Shown here piece by piece: positions 1 through 7,936 of a DNA stretch of 33,447 nt. The translations under genes were made by a program, and so were the position numbers. The notes under the pieces are model-generated. The model made no database searches and was not told where the DNA came from. It saw only the letters and a list, made by a program, of their open reading frames with translations. The DNA comes from a virus (lineage: Duplodnaviria; Heunggongvirae; Uroviricota; Caudoviricetes). Each line of letters opens with the position of its first letter. Positions within the stretch are counted from its first letter, which is position 1. The DNA is taken from IMG/VR virus record IMGVR_UViG_2734482556_000012; one strand, given 5' to 3'.

Positions 1-573
1 ATGTTTTGCGAAGAAAAAGTAGCTCAAATGGCTGCATACCTACTTCTTAAGCGAGGTGGGCGCATGGCATATCTGAAATTGATGAAGCTGCTCTATCTGT
101 CTAACCGCAAGTCGATTTTGAAGCATGGCAGGATGATCGGCGAAGATAGCCTTTACTCTATGAAATTTGGTCCAGTCATGTCGAATACGCTGAACTTGAT
201 TCGTGGTAAGGCTGAAGGCATTGGTGACTACTGGTACAACTTGATAGAGACGAACGGGCATGATGTGTTGTTGCGTTCAGATCCGAGGGAAATGGATGCA
301 GACGAGGTCTTTGATGAGTTGAGCCGTGCAGATATCCGGATTTTAGATGAAATCTATTCTCTGTATGGGCATATGAACCGATTTGATCTCGCAAACATGA
401 CGCATTTAGAAAGCGTTTGTCCAGAGTGGCACAATCCTGGCAATTCTCGTAAGCCTATAGACCTGAAAGAAATGCTGATCAGTGAGGGTAAAAGCGAGGA
501 TGAGGCTAATCGTATAATTGGCAAAATGGAAGAATCTCAGAAACTTAAGGAATTTTCTTTGCAATTATCATGA
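1..573 (+). CDS. Panacea (DUF4065) domain protein, SocA/PanA-like putative antitoxin; 5' end may lie outside the window
   Basis: 190-aa ORF; blocks KLMKLLYLS...FGPV and YSLYG...MTHLESVCPEW fit the DUF4065/Panacea pattern; stop overlaps next start (ATGA at 570-573). Confidence 0.6.
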   Translation: MFCEEKVAQMAAYLLLKRGGRMAYLKLMKLLYLSNRKSILKHGRMIGEDSLYSMKFGPVMSNTLNLIRGKAEGIGDYWYNLIETNGHDVLLRSDPREMDADEVFDELSRADIRILDEIYSLYGHMNRFDLANMTHLESVCPEWHNPGNSRKPIDLKEMLISEGKSEDEANRIIGKMEESQKLKEFSLQLS

Positions 574-989
574 CGGATTATCAGCCATACAGGAAAGGAA
601 CTGTGCTTGCCCCAACTGGGCCATGCAATCATCTTCATGTGATTTGTAATGATCCTGTTTATTACCCCGTTAACGATTGTTATTGTGTTTTAGTTGTTAA
701 TATTTCTAGTATCAAGGATGGTGTCCCCCACGATCCGTCTTGCGTCTTGAATTCTGGTGATCATCGCTTTATCAAGCATCCAAGTTATGTTGTTTACGCT
801 GAAGCTATAATTTGGCGAGTGGATAACATGGTTAGAAAGCAGCGATCGGGTGAGATTTCTGTTCATGATGATATGCCAGAAGCTACATTCAATAGAATTC
901 TGGACGGTTTTGATATATCTGATGAAGTTACGCCAAAGAACCTTAAATTTAAAAATAAATATTGCGTATCATCTATTGATGATGAGTAA
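570..989 (+). CDS. hypothetical 139-aa protein, candidate toxin/effector partner of the Panacea protein
   Basis: ORF translationally coupled to the upstream gene; Cys/His-rich N-terminal third; no family recognised; AT-rich. Confidence 0.45.
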   Translation: MTDYQPYRKGTVLAPTGPCNHLHVICNDPVYYPVNDCYCVLVVNISSIKDGVPHDPSCVLNSGDHRFIKHPSYVVYAEAIIWRVDNMVRKQRSGEISVHDDMPEATFNRILDGFDISDEVTPKNLKFKNKYCVSSIDDE

Positions 990-1028
990 ACAACAGGAAT
1001 TTTTTCGGTATAGCTTCTGGAGTTTTCT

Positions 1029-1202
1029 ATGGAAGATCAAAAAGCAACCAAGCCACAGGTTAAGTTCGACACAATGAAAGCATTCGCAGGTATGGGGGCT
1101 GCTGTTGAAGTTCTGATGAAGGCTGTTCCTAATGCGTTCACTCACGCTACTGTCTCTGGTAAAGAGCAGCAGGGTAAGCTTCGTCGTCGCAAAGCAGCAT
1201 GA
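1029..1202 (+). CDS. small hypothetical protein (57 aa)
   Basis: ATG at 1029 preceded by GGAG (1017-1020); ends just before a strong terminator; below the 60-aa cutoff of the ORF track. Confidence 0.25.
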   Translation: MEDQKATKPQVKFDTMKAFAGMGAAVEVLMKAVPNAFTHATVSGKEQQGKLRRRKAA

Positions 1203-1220
1203 TCATAGCTGGTGCTTTTT

Positions 1221-1247
1221 GAAAACCCGCCTTCAGGCGGGTTTTTT
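1221..1247. terminator. bidirectional rho-independent terminator
   Basis: 8-bp GC-rich stem AACCCGCC/GGCGGGTT (1224-1231 with 1236-1243), loop TTCA, A-run upstream and T6 downstream; sits between convergent genes. Confidence 0.6.
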
Positions 1248-1249
1248 CT

Positions 1250-1531
1250 TTAGTGATGTTCTTTGCCCTTCTGTTTGACTGTTCTGACCTGTTCCCACTC
1301 GATACGTCCTTCTTCTCGCCTTTTGTCTATGTATTCCGCAAGATCCTGAATATTGATGCAACGTTTTGCTTTTTGTGATGTGCCGATGCGATATGTTGGA
1401 ACGGGCAACTTACAAGCGTTTGCTTTTGCTTCTGCCGTGGCTGGACTCATACCAAAGTACTTTTGGCTAATTGCTGAGAGTTCAATGTTTGGGGTATTGA
1501 ATTCAGCCATCAGTAAAAACAAGGTGTTCAT
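1250..1531 (-). CDS. excisionase-like small DNA-binding protein (PrtN/AlpA-like)
   Basis: ATG at 1531 with GGAG 6 nt upstream; terminal position in the early-left operon as for lambda xis; family assignment by pattern only. Confidence 0.35.
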   Translation of the reverse strand: MNTLFLLMAEFNTPNIELSAISQKYFGMSPATAEAKANACKLPVPTYRIGTSQKAKRCINIQDLAEYIDKRREEGRIEWEQVRTVKQKGKEHH

Positions 1532-1567
1532 AATTTTCTCCATCAAAACCGGCTGCACCCGGGAAAA

Positions 1568-2140
1568 TCATAATTCTGTGCTGGTGGCAGGAATTAATTT
1601 CTGCCAGATAGCGGAAACATATTTTGCCTGATGACGGGCATCAGCTATGGCGTTGTGCCGTTCGCCATCGAAAGGCATGTCCATTTTGGGGTCGAATCCG
1701 ATGGAACGCCCAAGTGTAACGATCGTGCGTACATCGTGGTCATTCCAGTACGCCCACGGGCAGATTTGTCCTGCTCGCTCATAAGCTCCACGTAAAATTA
1801 CGTTGTCGAAGGTGGCTCCGTTACCCCAGACTTTTAAATATTTCGTATTGTCTGCGTGCCGGTTAATGAAATGGTTTAGTTCTGAGAGAGCATCGCTGAT
1901 CGACAAAGTATCATCAATACAGATTGCAGCTCGCGCTTCAGGGCTTTGTTTCAACCACCACAGGATGGTATCGCCGTCAGGTGTAGCTCCTTGCTTCATA
2001 GCACTGTCTAGGCTGACAACCGCATAGAATTCTTGTCCGATGTCTCCGGTTTCTGGAGTGAAGAACACCGCGCCAATGGAAACGATCGGTGCATCCTTAT
2101 TTTTCCCCATCGTCTCAAGGTCGATCATTAAGTTGTTCAT
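1568..2140 (-). CDS. DnaQ-like 3'-5' exonuclease (DEDDh)
   Basis: Exo motifs MIDLET, WGNGATFD and HNAIADARHQAKY; ATG overlaps upstream stop (ATGA). Confidence 0.7.
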   Translation of the reverse strand: MNNLMIDLETMGKNKDAPIVSIGAVFFTPETGDIGQEFYAVVSLDSAMKQGATPDGDTILWWLKQSPEARAAICIDDTLSISDALSELNHFINRHADNTKYLKVWGNGATFDNVILRGAYERAGQICPWAYWNDHDVRTIVTLGRSIGFDPKMDMPFDGERHNAIADARHQAKYVSAIWQKLIPATSTEL

Positions 2141-2658
2141 CACTTCACCTCCTGCGGCGGTTCTGGTAGAGGCATCCAATTGATTACATCGCATTTAGGG
2201 ATGCTGATATCATCACCAAGCCACCCTTGACCTTCAGACCAGCATTGCACGTAATACCCGTATTCTGTGTTCACTACGCACCACTGCGCGTCGTTCGGCA
2301 TTCGATCACTACAGCTTATCCAACTATCCGGAGTTCCCGGATAGTTGCCATTTACATCGAAGTTTGGCTCTGCGTCCTGAACCAGGAGGATGTAACCATT
2401 CTTGGCAGTATCAAGTTCTAACGCCTCGGTGACGGTGCCGAAATAGCGATTACCTAAATCAGCATCACAAGTGCTTACATCAATGGAAACCTCCATGCCT
2501 TCGATTAATTCTGGCAAGTTGTAAGTTTGGCTTACAGGTTCTGCTCCCAGCGATGCCAGTGCAATCCGTGCCAGTTCCATTTGTTCGCCACGGGTAAGCC
2601 CGTTATCAAGCGGATTTTTAATGAATAATTCGATACGTTCTTTGGTAATAGTGGTCAT
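2140..2658 (-). CDS. DUF551 domain protein
   Basis: C-terminal Trp-rich block WISCSDRMP...WCVV...INWMPLPEPP typical of DUF551; AGGTG RBS upstream of ATG 2658. Confidence 0.5.
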   Translation of the reverse strand: MTTITKERIELFIKNPLDNGLTRGEQMELARIALASLGAEPVSQTYNLPELIEGMEVSIDVSTCDADLGNRYFGTVTEALELDTAKNGYILLVQDAEPNFDVNGNYPGTPDSWISCSDRMPNDAQWCVVNTEYGYYVQCWSEGQGWLGDDISIPKCDVINWMPLPEPPQEVK

Positions 2659-2660
2659 AG

Positions 2661-2852
2661 CTATTTCACCTTAATCTCAACATTTCGCAGCTTTAGCTCT
2701 ACTGGCAGGTCTGACTTTCCTGTTAATGCTAATGCGAGATTTTCTGGGGTAATGAGAGCAGTTATTGCTTTCCCCATTGCCAGACGAATAATTATTCGTA
2801 TTTCGCGATCGTCACATGCTCCTGGTCGAACAATTGATATCTGTCCGTTCAT
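2661..2852 (-). CDS. hypothetical small protein (63 aa)
   Basis: ATG 2852 one nt after the upstream stop, with AAGGAAAG upstream; start chosen over the longer track ORF. Confidence 0.35.
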   Translation of the reverse strand: MNGQISIVRPGACDDREIRIIIRLAMGKAITALITPENLALALTGKSDLPVELKLRNVEIKVK

Positions 2853-2853
2853 C

Positions 2854-3576
2854 TCACTTTCCTTTGATGCGAATGCCAGCGGCACGGGAATCATTCCATC
2901 GCTTTACTTCTTCACGAATTACGTCAATGCATTCTTTCGAATCCATTAGGTAATCTTCATCAAAAAGCCTTTCCTGTTCGTTTTCTATCGCAACAATGAT
3001 TGCTTCAACTAACTTTTGTGCCTGAGAACCACTTTCTAACTCTGCAATGCGCTTCTCTGCGGCTTCCAGCTTCTCGCGCATATCGTCAACGTACTCGACC
3101 AGAGATCCGCCAGCAGGAATTTCGCACTCCTCGACCAGTTGGAAGTAGATATCAGCTGCGGCCCGTGTGTTGCTATGCCTAGCGTCGCCCATCTCACCTT
3201 CACGAAGAGCATCGCGTTCGGCGGTAAGATTGGCTATTTTGCTGTCTTTGCCTTCAAGCTCAACGCGCAGCTTCCCTACCGTTAGCGCAATATCCTCGTT
3301 CTCCTGGTCACGGCGTTTGATGTATTGCTGGTTTCTTTCCCGTTCATCCAGCAGCGCCTGCACTACTTCAGGGTTGAAAGCTGCGATATAACGAGCGTTG
3401 TTCTCTGCGTTGTTCTGTCCATCAAAGCCGGTCCATTTGATAACGTCTTCACATCGTTTATCACCAGGTGTATGCACCGCATATGTACCAGTACCAGACG
3501 AAATAAATGCGACCCATTCACCCTGTGTTGCCAGTTGCGCCGCTTTACGCAGTGCCTGATAGTCAATCTTGCTCAC
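2854..3576 (-). CDS. Ead/Ea22-like coiled-coil protein
   Basis: Long heptad-rich acidic region; GTG start 3576 preceded by AAGGAGG and overlapping upstream stop (GTGA). Confidence 0.45.
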   Translation of the reverse strand: MSKIDYQALRKAAQLATQGEWVAFISSGTGTYAVHTPGDKRCEDVIKWTGFDGQNNAENNARYIAAFNPEVVQALLDERERNQQYIKRRDQENEDIALTVGKLRVELEGKDSKIANLTAERDALREGEMGDARHSNTRAAADIYFQLVEECEIPAGGSLVEYVDDMREKLEAAEKRIAELESGSQAQKLVEAIIVAIENEQERLFDEDYLMDSKECIDVIREEVKRWNDSRAAGIRIKGK

Positions 3577-3812
3577 TGGTTGCCTCCTTTGCGGATCTGC
3601 GCTGCGATGCACGAAAAAAAAGACTCCCGCGTATGACTGTTAAGAGCTGGCGCGAACGCTGCGTTAAGAACGGCAGCATCACAGCCGTCATCGATATAGA
3701 GCGCAATTTTTTTCTCCAGGCGTGCTTTGGCTTCCTGCAACTGCATACCCCGGCACGCACGTGGGATATACTCAGCAATTTGAGCGATAGATTTTTCGTT
3801 CTGTTTAAACAT
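3573..3812 (-). CDS. hypothetical protein (79 aa)
   Basis: ORF with GAGGTG RBS; start overlaps stop of the upstream gene. Confidence 0.4.
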   Translation of the reverse strand: MFKQNEKSIAQIAEYIPRACRGMQLQEAKARLEKKIALYIDDGCDAAVLNAAFAPALNSHTRESFFSCIAAQIRKGGNQ

Positions 3813-4008
3813 GCTTCACCTCGATCGGCTTGATGGTATCGATCAGCAGTCGGCGGCGAGTATTTTCTGCAAAGTGGCGGCGTCCGGTTTCTTTGTGGTA
3901 AAACTCGTTTTTTCCGACGACCCACATCCGCTTTGTCTGGTGCAGTTTTTTTACCTGCGGACCGTCTCGGGTGATAACAATTCCTGTATGAGTTTTTATC
4001 ACGCTCAT
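3805..4008 (-). CDS. hypothetical protein (67 aa)
   Basis: ORF with GGAG RBS 8 nt upstream; ATGA overlap with the upstream gene. Confidence 0.4.
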   Translation of the reverse strand: MSVIKTHTGIVITRDGPQVKKLHQTKRMWVVGKNEFYHKETGRRHFAENTRRRLLIDTIKPIEVKHV

Positions 4009-4367
4009 TTCTTATTCTCCGGTGCTTTTGGCATTACTGCCCAGTGAGTGATATTGACGTTTTCAAGGTCCCCGACCTGAAATGTCCACTGCCATTCTCC
4101 GGTTTCTTTTTGTCCCCAGGTGTACCAGAGGGAACGCCAGCCAATCAGCCAGCCTTCTCCGTTAGCATCAAATAACAGAACACTTTCATTTGCTGGCGGC
4201 AGTTCAGCTGACACTGGTATTATTTTGTTTTCCAGTGCCGCACATTTAGCTTCAAGCGCGTCGAATTTACGTACCAGGTACTCGGCATTTGTTTCGTTCA
4301 CTTTCAGATCTCGCGGTACACATTTTCCGCGAAGAAACCCTTCCATTTCGAAAACATTCATGCGCAT
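4005..4367 (-). CDS. DUF551-like protein (YfdS-like)
   Basis: C-terminal GEGWLIGW...THWAVMPKAPE Trp motif; 120 aa; overlaps the HD gene stop. Confidence 0.45.
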   Translation of the reverse strand: MRMNVFEMEGFLRGKCVPRDLKVNETNAEYLVRKFDALEAKCAALENKIIPVSAELPPANESVLLFDANGEGWLIGWRSLWYTWGQKETGEWQWTFQVGDLENVNITHWAVMPKAPENKK

Positions 4368-4894
4368 TTGCGTAACTCCGATAACTCGTTAAAACGTTCC
4401 ATAAACATCCCGTAGGCATGGCCCGGTGCCAGTGGAATCACGTTGAACATCTCTGTTGCCGGGATGCCTTCCAGTACAGGCCAGAAAGAGCCATCATCAA
4501 GCCCGAGATCGCGGCGTTCGGTTGCCAGCATGATGAGATCGGCATATTTCACAGGTGTGCTCATAACCGGGGGTAACCCGTATTTCTCACGGATTACGGC
4601 ATCTATTTTTTCTTCCATCCGTTTATAGTCAGGAAGAAGGCGTTTCAGTGGAGCGGGGATGTCCTGGCAATATGCTTCTGTTGCATCATGCATTAACGCT
4701 TCAAAAGCAAATTCCTGCGGTACCAGCTGGCTGCAAAGCACCGCATGCTGGGCGACACTGTAGAAGTGTGAAAGATGTCCTGCAAAGCGACAGATATTTG
4801 AAAGGGAAACAGCGATATCGTTAATAACGATGTCATCTTTATTTATCTTGTCATAATAAAAATGCTTCCCGGAAAAAGTTTTAATAAATGACAT
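4358..4894 (-). CDS. HD-domain phosphohydrolase (YfdR-like 5'-deoxynucleotidase)
   Basis: H...HD metal motif (SVAQHAV...ALMHDATEAY); ATG 4894 with GGAG 6 nt upstream; 178 aa. Confidence 0.6.
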   Translation of the reverse strand: MSFIKTFSGKHFYYDKINKDDIVINDIAVSLSNICRFAGHLSHFYSVAQHAVLCSQLVPQEFAFEALMHDATEAYCQDIPAPLKRLLPDYKRMEEKIDAVIREKYGLPPVMSTPVKYADLIMLATERRDLGLDDGSFWPVLEGIPATEMFNVIPLAPGHAYGMFMERFNELSELRKCA

Positions 4895-5021
4895 TTTGTT
4901 CTCCACGTATATGCGCTGCACCGCGCTGAATTCTGGTAAAAGGAAGCCCTCACCATCCGGTGATTATTGAGTTAATTACGTTTCCATAAATGCCCCCGCA
5001 GGGGCATTTGCAGTAATGAAA

Positions 5022-5846
5022 TCAGGCGGTGAAAGTACCAATAAAGGTTTCTACTTTGCTGTCTTTGAATTTCTCAACAAGCAGATCACGAAATTCGTTA
5101 GCCATTTCTTCCTGCACCGCTTCCAGCTGAATAATGCGCAGAACCAGTACAGGACGATCGCCAGTGATAATGCTGAGGCGTAATTTAAATGGACGTTCTT
5201 CCAGACCTTCAAACGGAACGCATTTAAATTCAAATGCCACTGGCATAATATCTTTGGTCTTCGCTTCGACAGACTCCATCAGGGAGCGTTTGCCGCTGAA
5301 GTCATTATCTTCAAAATCAGCGGTCTGGTTTGCTTCAATCGTGATTTTACGGACAGCCGCAGCCGCTTTTGTTGCCTGAATAGCGTCACCATTAGCATCA
5401 AAGCCTACAAGGTAGTCGGCCCAGTCTTCAATCCATTCTGCCAGTGACTTCTGGGAGTTACGCTCGCCGTTAACAGACAACAGAGCAGAGAACGGTGCTG
5501 TCTTTTTCAGTTTGAGAGTGGCGGTGTTATCTGCGTGACCTGGTTCATCAATAGTACCCAGGTTAAGCACACTGACGGCACGCATATTATCAGCATCGAT
5601 AAAGCAGCGGGTGCCTTCATCTGCAAGATCTTTAGAATAACGGGTAAAGTCATCGATGCTGGCAGTGGAAAGCGCACCACGGAAACGGAAGCGATTTAAA
5701 TTAAATTTTTCCAGATCATGAATGCGGAAGTTCTCAGGCAATGCCACAGCATCGGCACCAATCTTACTGATAATTTCATTAACACCCTGAGCAGAAATAA
5801 GGGCATGGATTTGATTAATTGCGGTTGCGTCTAAGTTCTGAGACAT
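5022..5846 (-). CDS. YfdQ-like (DUF2303) protein
   Basis: 274-aa ORF with GAGGA RBS; size and neighbourhood match the CPS-53-type yfdP-Q-R-S block (recalled, not searched). Confidence 0.45.
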   Translation of the reverse strand: MSQNLDATAINQIHALISAQGVNEIISKIGADAVALPENFRIHDLEKFNLNRFRFRGALSTASIDDFTRYSKDLADEGTRCFIDADNMRAVSVLNLGTIDEPGHADNTATLKLKKTAPFSALLSVNGERNSQKSLAEWIEDWADYLVGFDANGDAIQATKAAAAVRKITIEANQTADFEDNDFSGKRSLMESVEAKTKDIMPVAFEFKCVPFEGLEERPFKLRLSIITGDRPVLVLRIIQLEAVQEEMANEFRDLLVEKFKDSKVETFIGTFTA

Positions 5847-5911
5847 AATAAGTCCTCACTATATTAAGATATTCAGTGATGAGATAAATAATCAGTTAAT
5901 TAAGAACGATA

Positions 5912-6274
5912 TTAATGACCTGCTGCGCGGAGTTTTCCGTCAGGCTCACCGGCAAGAGTCAGTAATTGTCCCTGGTCTTCCTGCAGAATAGTCAGGCGAC
6001 CACCGCGATTGACATACATCGGCGTTTCGGTGGTGTCTTCTTCGGAAATTTTCCCGCGGTTAGTCGGGCGAACATATGAGAGTTTGTGTTTGATTTTCAC
6101 ACGGTTCTCATCAAACGGTTCGATTTCCAGGTTGAGCGAGACCTTACCTTTGGTTTTCGTGTTCATCACACCGGAAGCGACTTCACTGAGAACTGCGCCG
6201 ATTTTGGTTTCAAATACGCCGCCGTCCAGCTCCCCGATAAATGCCTGCACATCAGTACTGCGTTCGCTAGCCAT
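5912..6274 (-). CDS. hypothetical protein (YfdP-like, 120 aa)
   Basis: ATG 6274 with GAGGAG upstream chosen over the longer track ORF; first gene of the leftward operon. Confidence 0.4.
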   Translation of the reverse strand: MASERSTDVQAFIGELDGGVFETKIGAVLSEVASGVMNTKTKGKVSLNLEIEPFDENRVKIKHKLSYVRPTNRGKISEEDTTETPMYVNRGGRLTILQEDQGQLLTLAGEPDGKLRAAGH

Positions 6275-6321
6275 TTGCTGCTCCTCATCATATCGACCCT
6301 GCAAGGTCGGTTGGTTTCTCC

Positions 6322-6409
6322 ACAAAACAGAGAAGAACACCTGCGGTGCAGCCGCCCGGATGGATTGGGTTATGAGCCCGTCGTCCGGTGATGCTCTTCT
6401 CTGTTTTGT
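6322..6409. repeat. 15-bp perfect inverted repeat (ACAAAACAGAGAAGA / TCTTCTCTGTTTTGT) enclosing a 58-bp GC-rich spacer with internal hairpins
   Basis: Arms at 6322-6336 and 6395-6409 are exact reverse complements; lies in the pL leader 48 nt upstream of the first early-left gene. Confidence 0.85.
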
Positions 6410-6867
6410 AAAAAGAGCGGTACCAGCCGGAAGCAAGTGTACAAACTGGTACCGCCAAAGCAGTGGCTGTTGTGGTGGGGTTGTCACTCAGGCGTATGGT
6501 CAACCTGACAATCCGGTGTCCTCAACGGGGAAAGAGTAACCCCGCCATACTTACCGCCGCGCCATTTCGCGGATTACCACAACGCTGAGAGCACTTAGCC
6601 AGTTACGGCACCACACTTTGTCGCGGTTCCATAAATGCCATCATCGTTGCACCCTGGTCTCTTCCCAGGCGTCAAACCGAATCGCCACGCTGGTTAGGCG
6701 TCTTATCAGCATCCTCATTGACTTGCACATTCCGGCTACCTGGTTTGTTTGCCCGAGCAAGGAGTGGATTGTCCCCTTTAACGTCCCCAGACCGCTAACG
6801 ACGCATGTGCCATACGCCGTGTTACAACCAAATTTTGTTTGAATCTTGCCTGCGGCATGTTTCTTTT

Positions 6868-6884
6868 AGATACATTATGTATCT
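6868..6884. promoter_or_regulatory. 17-bp perfect palindrome AGATACATTATGTATCT, candidate operator
   Basis: Exact palindrome overlapping the -10 of the candidate pL. Confidence 0.4.
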
Positions 6885-6901
6885 CAAGGGTACATTGTCA
6901 A
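6874..6901 (-). promoter_or_regulatory. candidate pL promoter (-35 TTGACA, 16-bp spacer, -10 CATAAT)
   Basis: Read on the minus strand: TTGACA at 6901-6896 and CATAAT at 6879-6874, directed leftward away from the repressor gene. Confidence 0.45.
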
Positions 6902-6903
6902 GT

Positions 6904-6928
6904 ATAAAAAAACCTGCCGAAGCAGGTT
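6904..6928 (-). terminator. rho-independent terminator downstream of the repressor gene
   Basis: Minus-strand hairpin (AACCTGC/GCAGGTT, loop of 4) followed by U7; 12 nt past the repressor stop. Confidence 0.55.
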
Positions 6929-6939
6929 ATAAATATTGA

Positions 6940-7614
6940 TTAGGCCTTTATTTTGTATCTTCTTGGTTTTCCTGAGAAAATTACTGTACCAATTATAGAG
7001 CAATTACCGTTAATCTTAATGTAAGGCTCAGGCCAGTTTGGGTTTAATGCTTTGAGATAACGCTGTGTTCCATCTTCTATCAATCGCTTGAAGGTGGTTT
7101 CGCCTGTATCGTGCATCAATGCAATAACGTCGTCACCGTGGCAGGCAGGGACTTCGGGATCAACAAAAATCATGTCTCCCGGGCGGTACTCATCAATCAT
7201 TGAATCACCAATCACCCGCAAGATATAAGTCATTTCGCCACAGGGTACAGGGCAGGGATAAGTTTCTGCTGTGCTCAAATCAACCTCAGAATAGCCAACT
7301 TCTTTCCATGCTCCGGCCTGTACCCATGATATGACAGGGACTAACGTTATTTGTTTGTTAGTGATTGAAACATCAGGTTTTTTTGTGATGTTCGTGGTCT
7401 GGTGTTCTTGATCAAGCCATCCGACAGGCAGGTCGAAACATTTTTCGATGTGCCGTGCCATGCTGTCACCGATATTTTTAGTAGCACCATCTCCCATAAA
7501 CCTGCTGGTCTGGGTTGGCTCGCGATCAATCATGGTGGCAAAGGAAGAATTCCCGCCAACACCATCTCTCAGTTTTCTGGCGTTAGACCGCCGGATGTCA
7601 TGGACTGTTTTCAT
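6940..7614 (-). CDS. cI: CI-type prophage repressor (N-terminal DNA-binding domain + S24 LexA-like peptidase domain)
   Basis: C-terminal half aligns by eye with lambda CI (VISWVQAGAW Ala-Gly site, GDSM Ser, FKRLIEDG...LNPNWP Lys); no RBS before ATG 7614, suggesting a leaderless mRNA. Confidence 0.85.
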   Translation of the reverse strand: MKTVHDIRRSNARKLRDGVGGNSSFATMIDREPTQTSRFMGDGATKNIGDSMARHIEKCFDLPVGWLDQEHQTTNITKKPDVSITNKQITLVPVISWVQAGAWKEVGYSEVDLSTAETYPCPVPCGEMTYILRVIGDSMIDEYRPGDMIFVDPEVPACHGDDVIALMHDTGETTFKRLIEDGTQRYLKALNPNWPEPYIKINGNCSIIGTVIFSGKPRRYKIKA

Positions 7615-7630
7615 AAAGAAATTAAAACCT

Positions 7631-7649
7631 TTGTACCGATAAGGTACAA
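7631..7649. promoter_or_regulatory. 19-bp inverted repeat TTGTACC-GATAA-GGTACAA, candidate oR operator
   Basis: Perfect 7-bp arms between the divergent cI and cro starts; overlaps candidate pRM -35 (minus strand 7649-7644, -10 at 7626-7621). Confidence 0.45.
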
Positions 7650-7654
7650 GTATC

Positions 7655-7682
7655 TTGAAGGTTCATATTAATCATGTAATAT
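7655..7682 (+). promoter_or_regulatory. candidate pR promoter (-35 TTGAAG, -10 TAATAT)
   Basis: Hexamers at 7655-7660 and 7677-7682, 16-bp spacer, about 20 nt upstream of the cro RBS. Confidence 0.3.
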
Positions 7683-7704
7683 GTATATCGGAGGTACATA
7701 TTGT

Positions 7705-7905
7705 ATGAAAGCGTATTGGGACTCTTTAACCAAAGAACAGCAGGGCGAGTTGGCCGGAAAAGTTGGCTCAACACCAGGCTACTTACGGCTGGTTTTCAAT
7801 GGTTATAAAAAGGCCAGTTTTGTGCTGGCTAAAAAACTTGAGCAATGCACGTCAGGTGCAATTACGAAATCTGACTTAAGACCGGATATCTATCCGAAAG
7901 ATTAA
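7705..7905 (+). CDS. cro: Cro-like small HTH regulator
   Basis: 66-aa ORF divergent from cI; GGAGG RBS 9 nt upstream of ATG 7705; HTH-like segment. Confidence 0.55.
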   Translation: MKAYWDSLTKEQQGELAGKVGSTPGYLRLVFNGYKKASFVLAKKLEQCTSGAITKSDLRPDIYPKD

Positions 7906-7936
7906 CAGAACACCTTCAATTTTTAACCACAGAACG

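Noticed and set aside
6009-6842. Track ORFs 6009-6539 (+), 6086-6391 (+), 6288-6503 (-) and 6618-6842 (+) in the pL leader
   Set aside because: Antisense to or overlapping the YfdP-like gene, or lacking an RBS and any arginine-rich N-like character; a 26-aa minus-strand ORF from 6858 was also checked and dismissed.
7681-7704. Longer cro start at ATG 7681
   Set aside because: GGAGG at 7691-7695 is positioned for ATG 7705, and the 7681 start would place the RBS inside the coding sequence.
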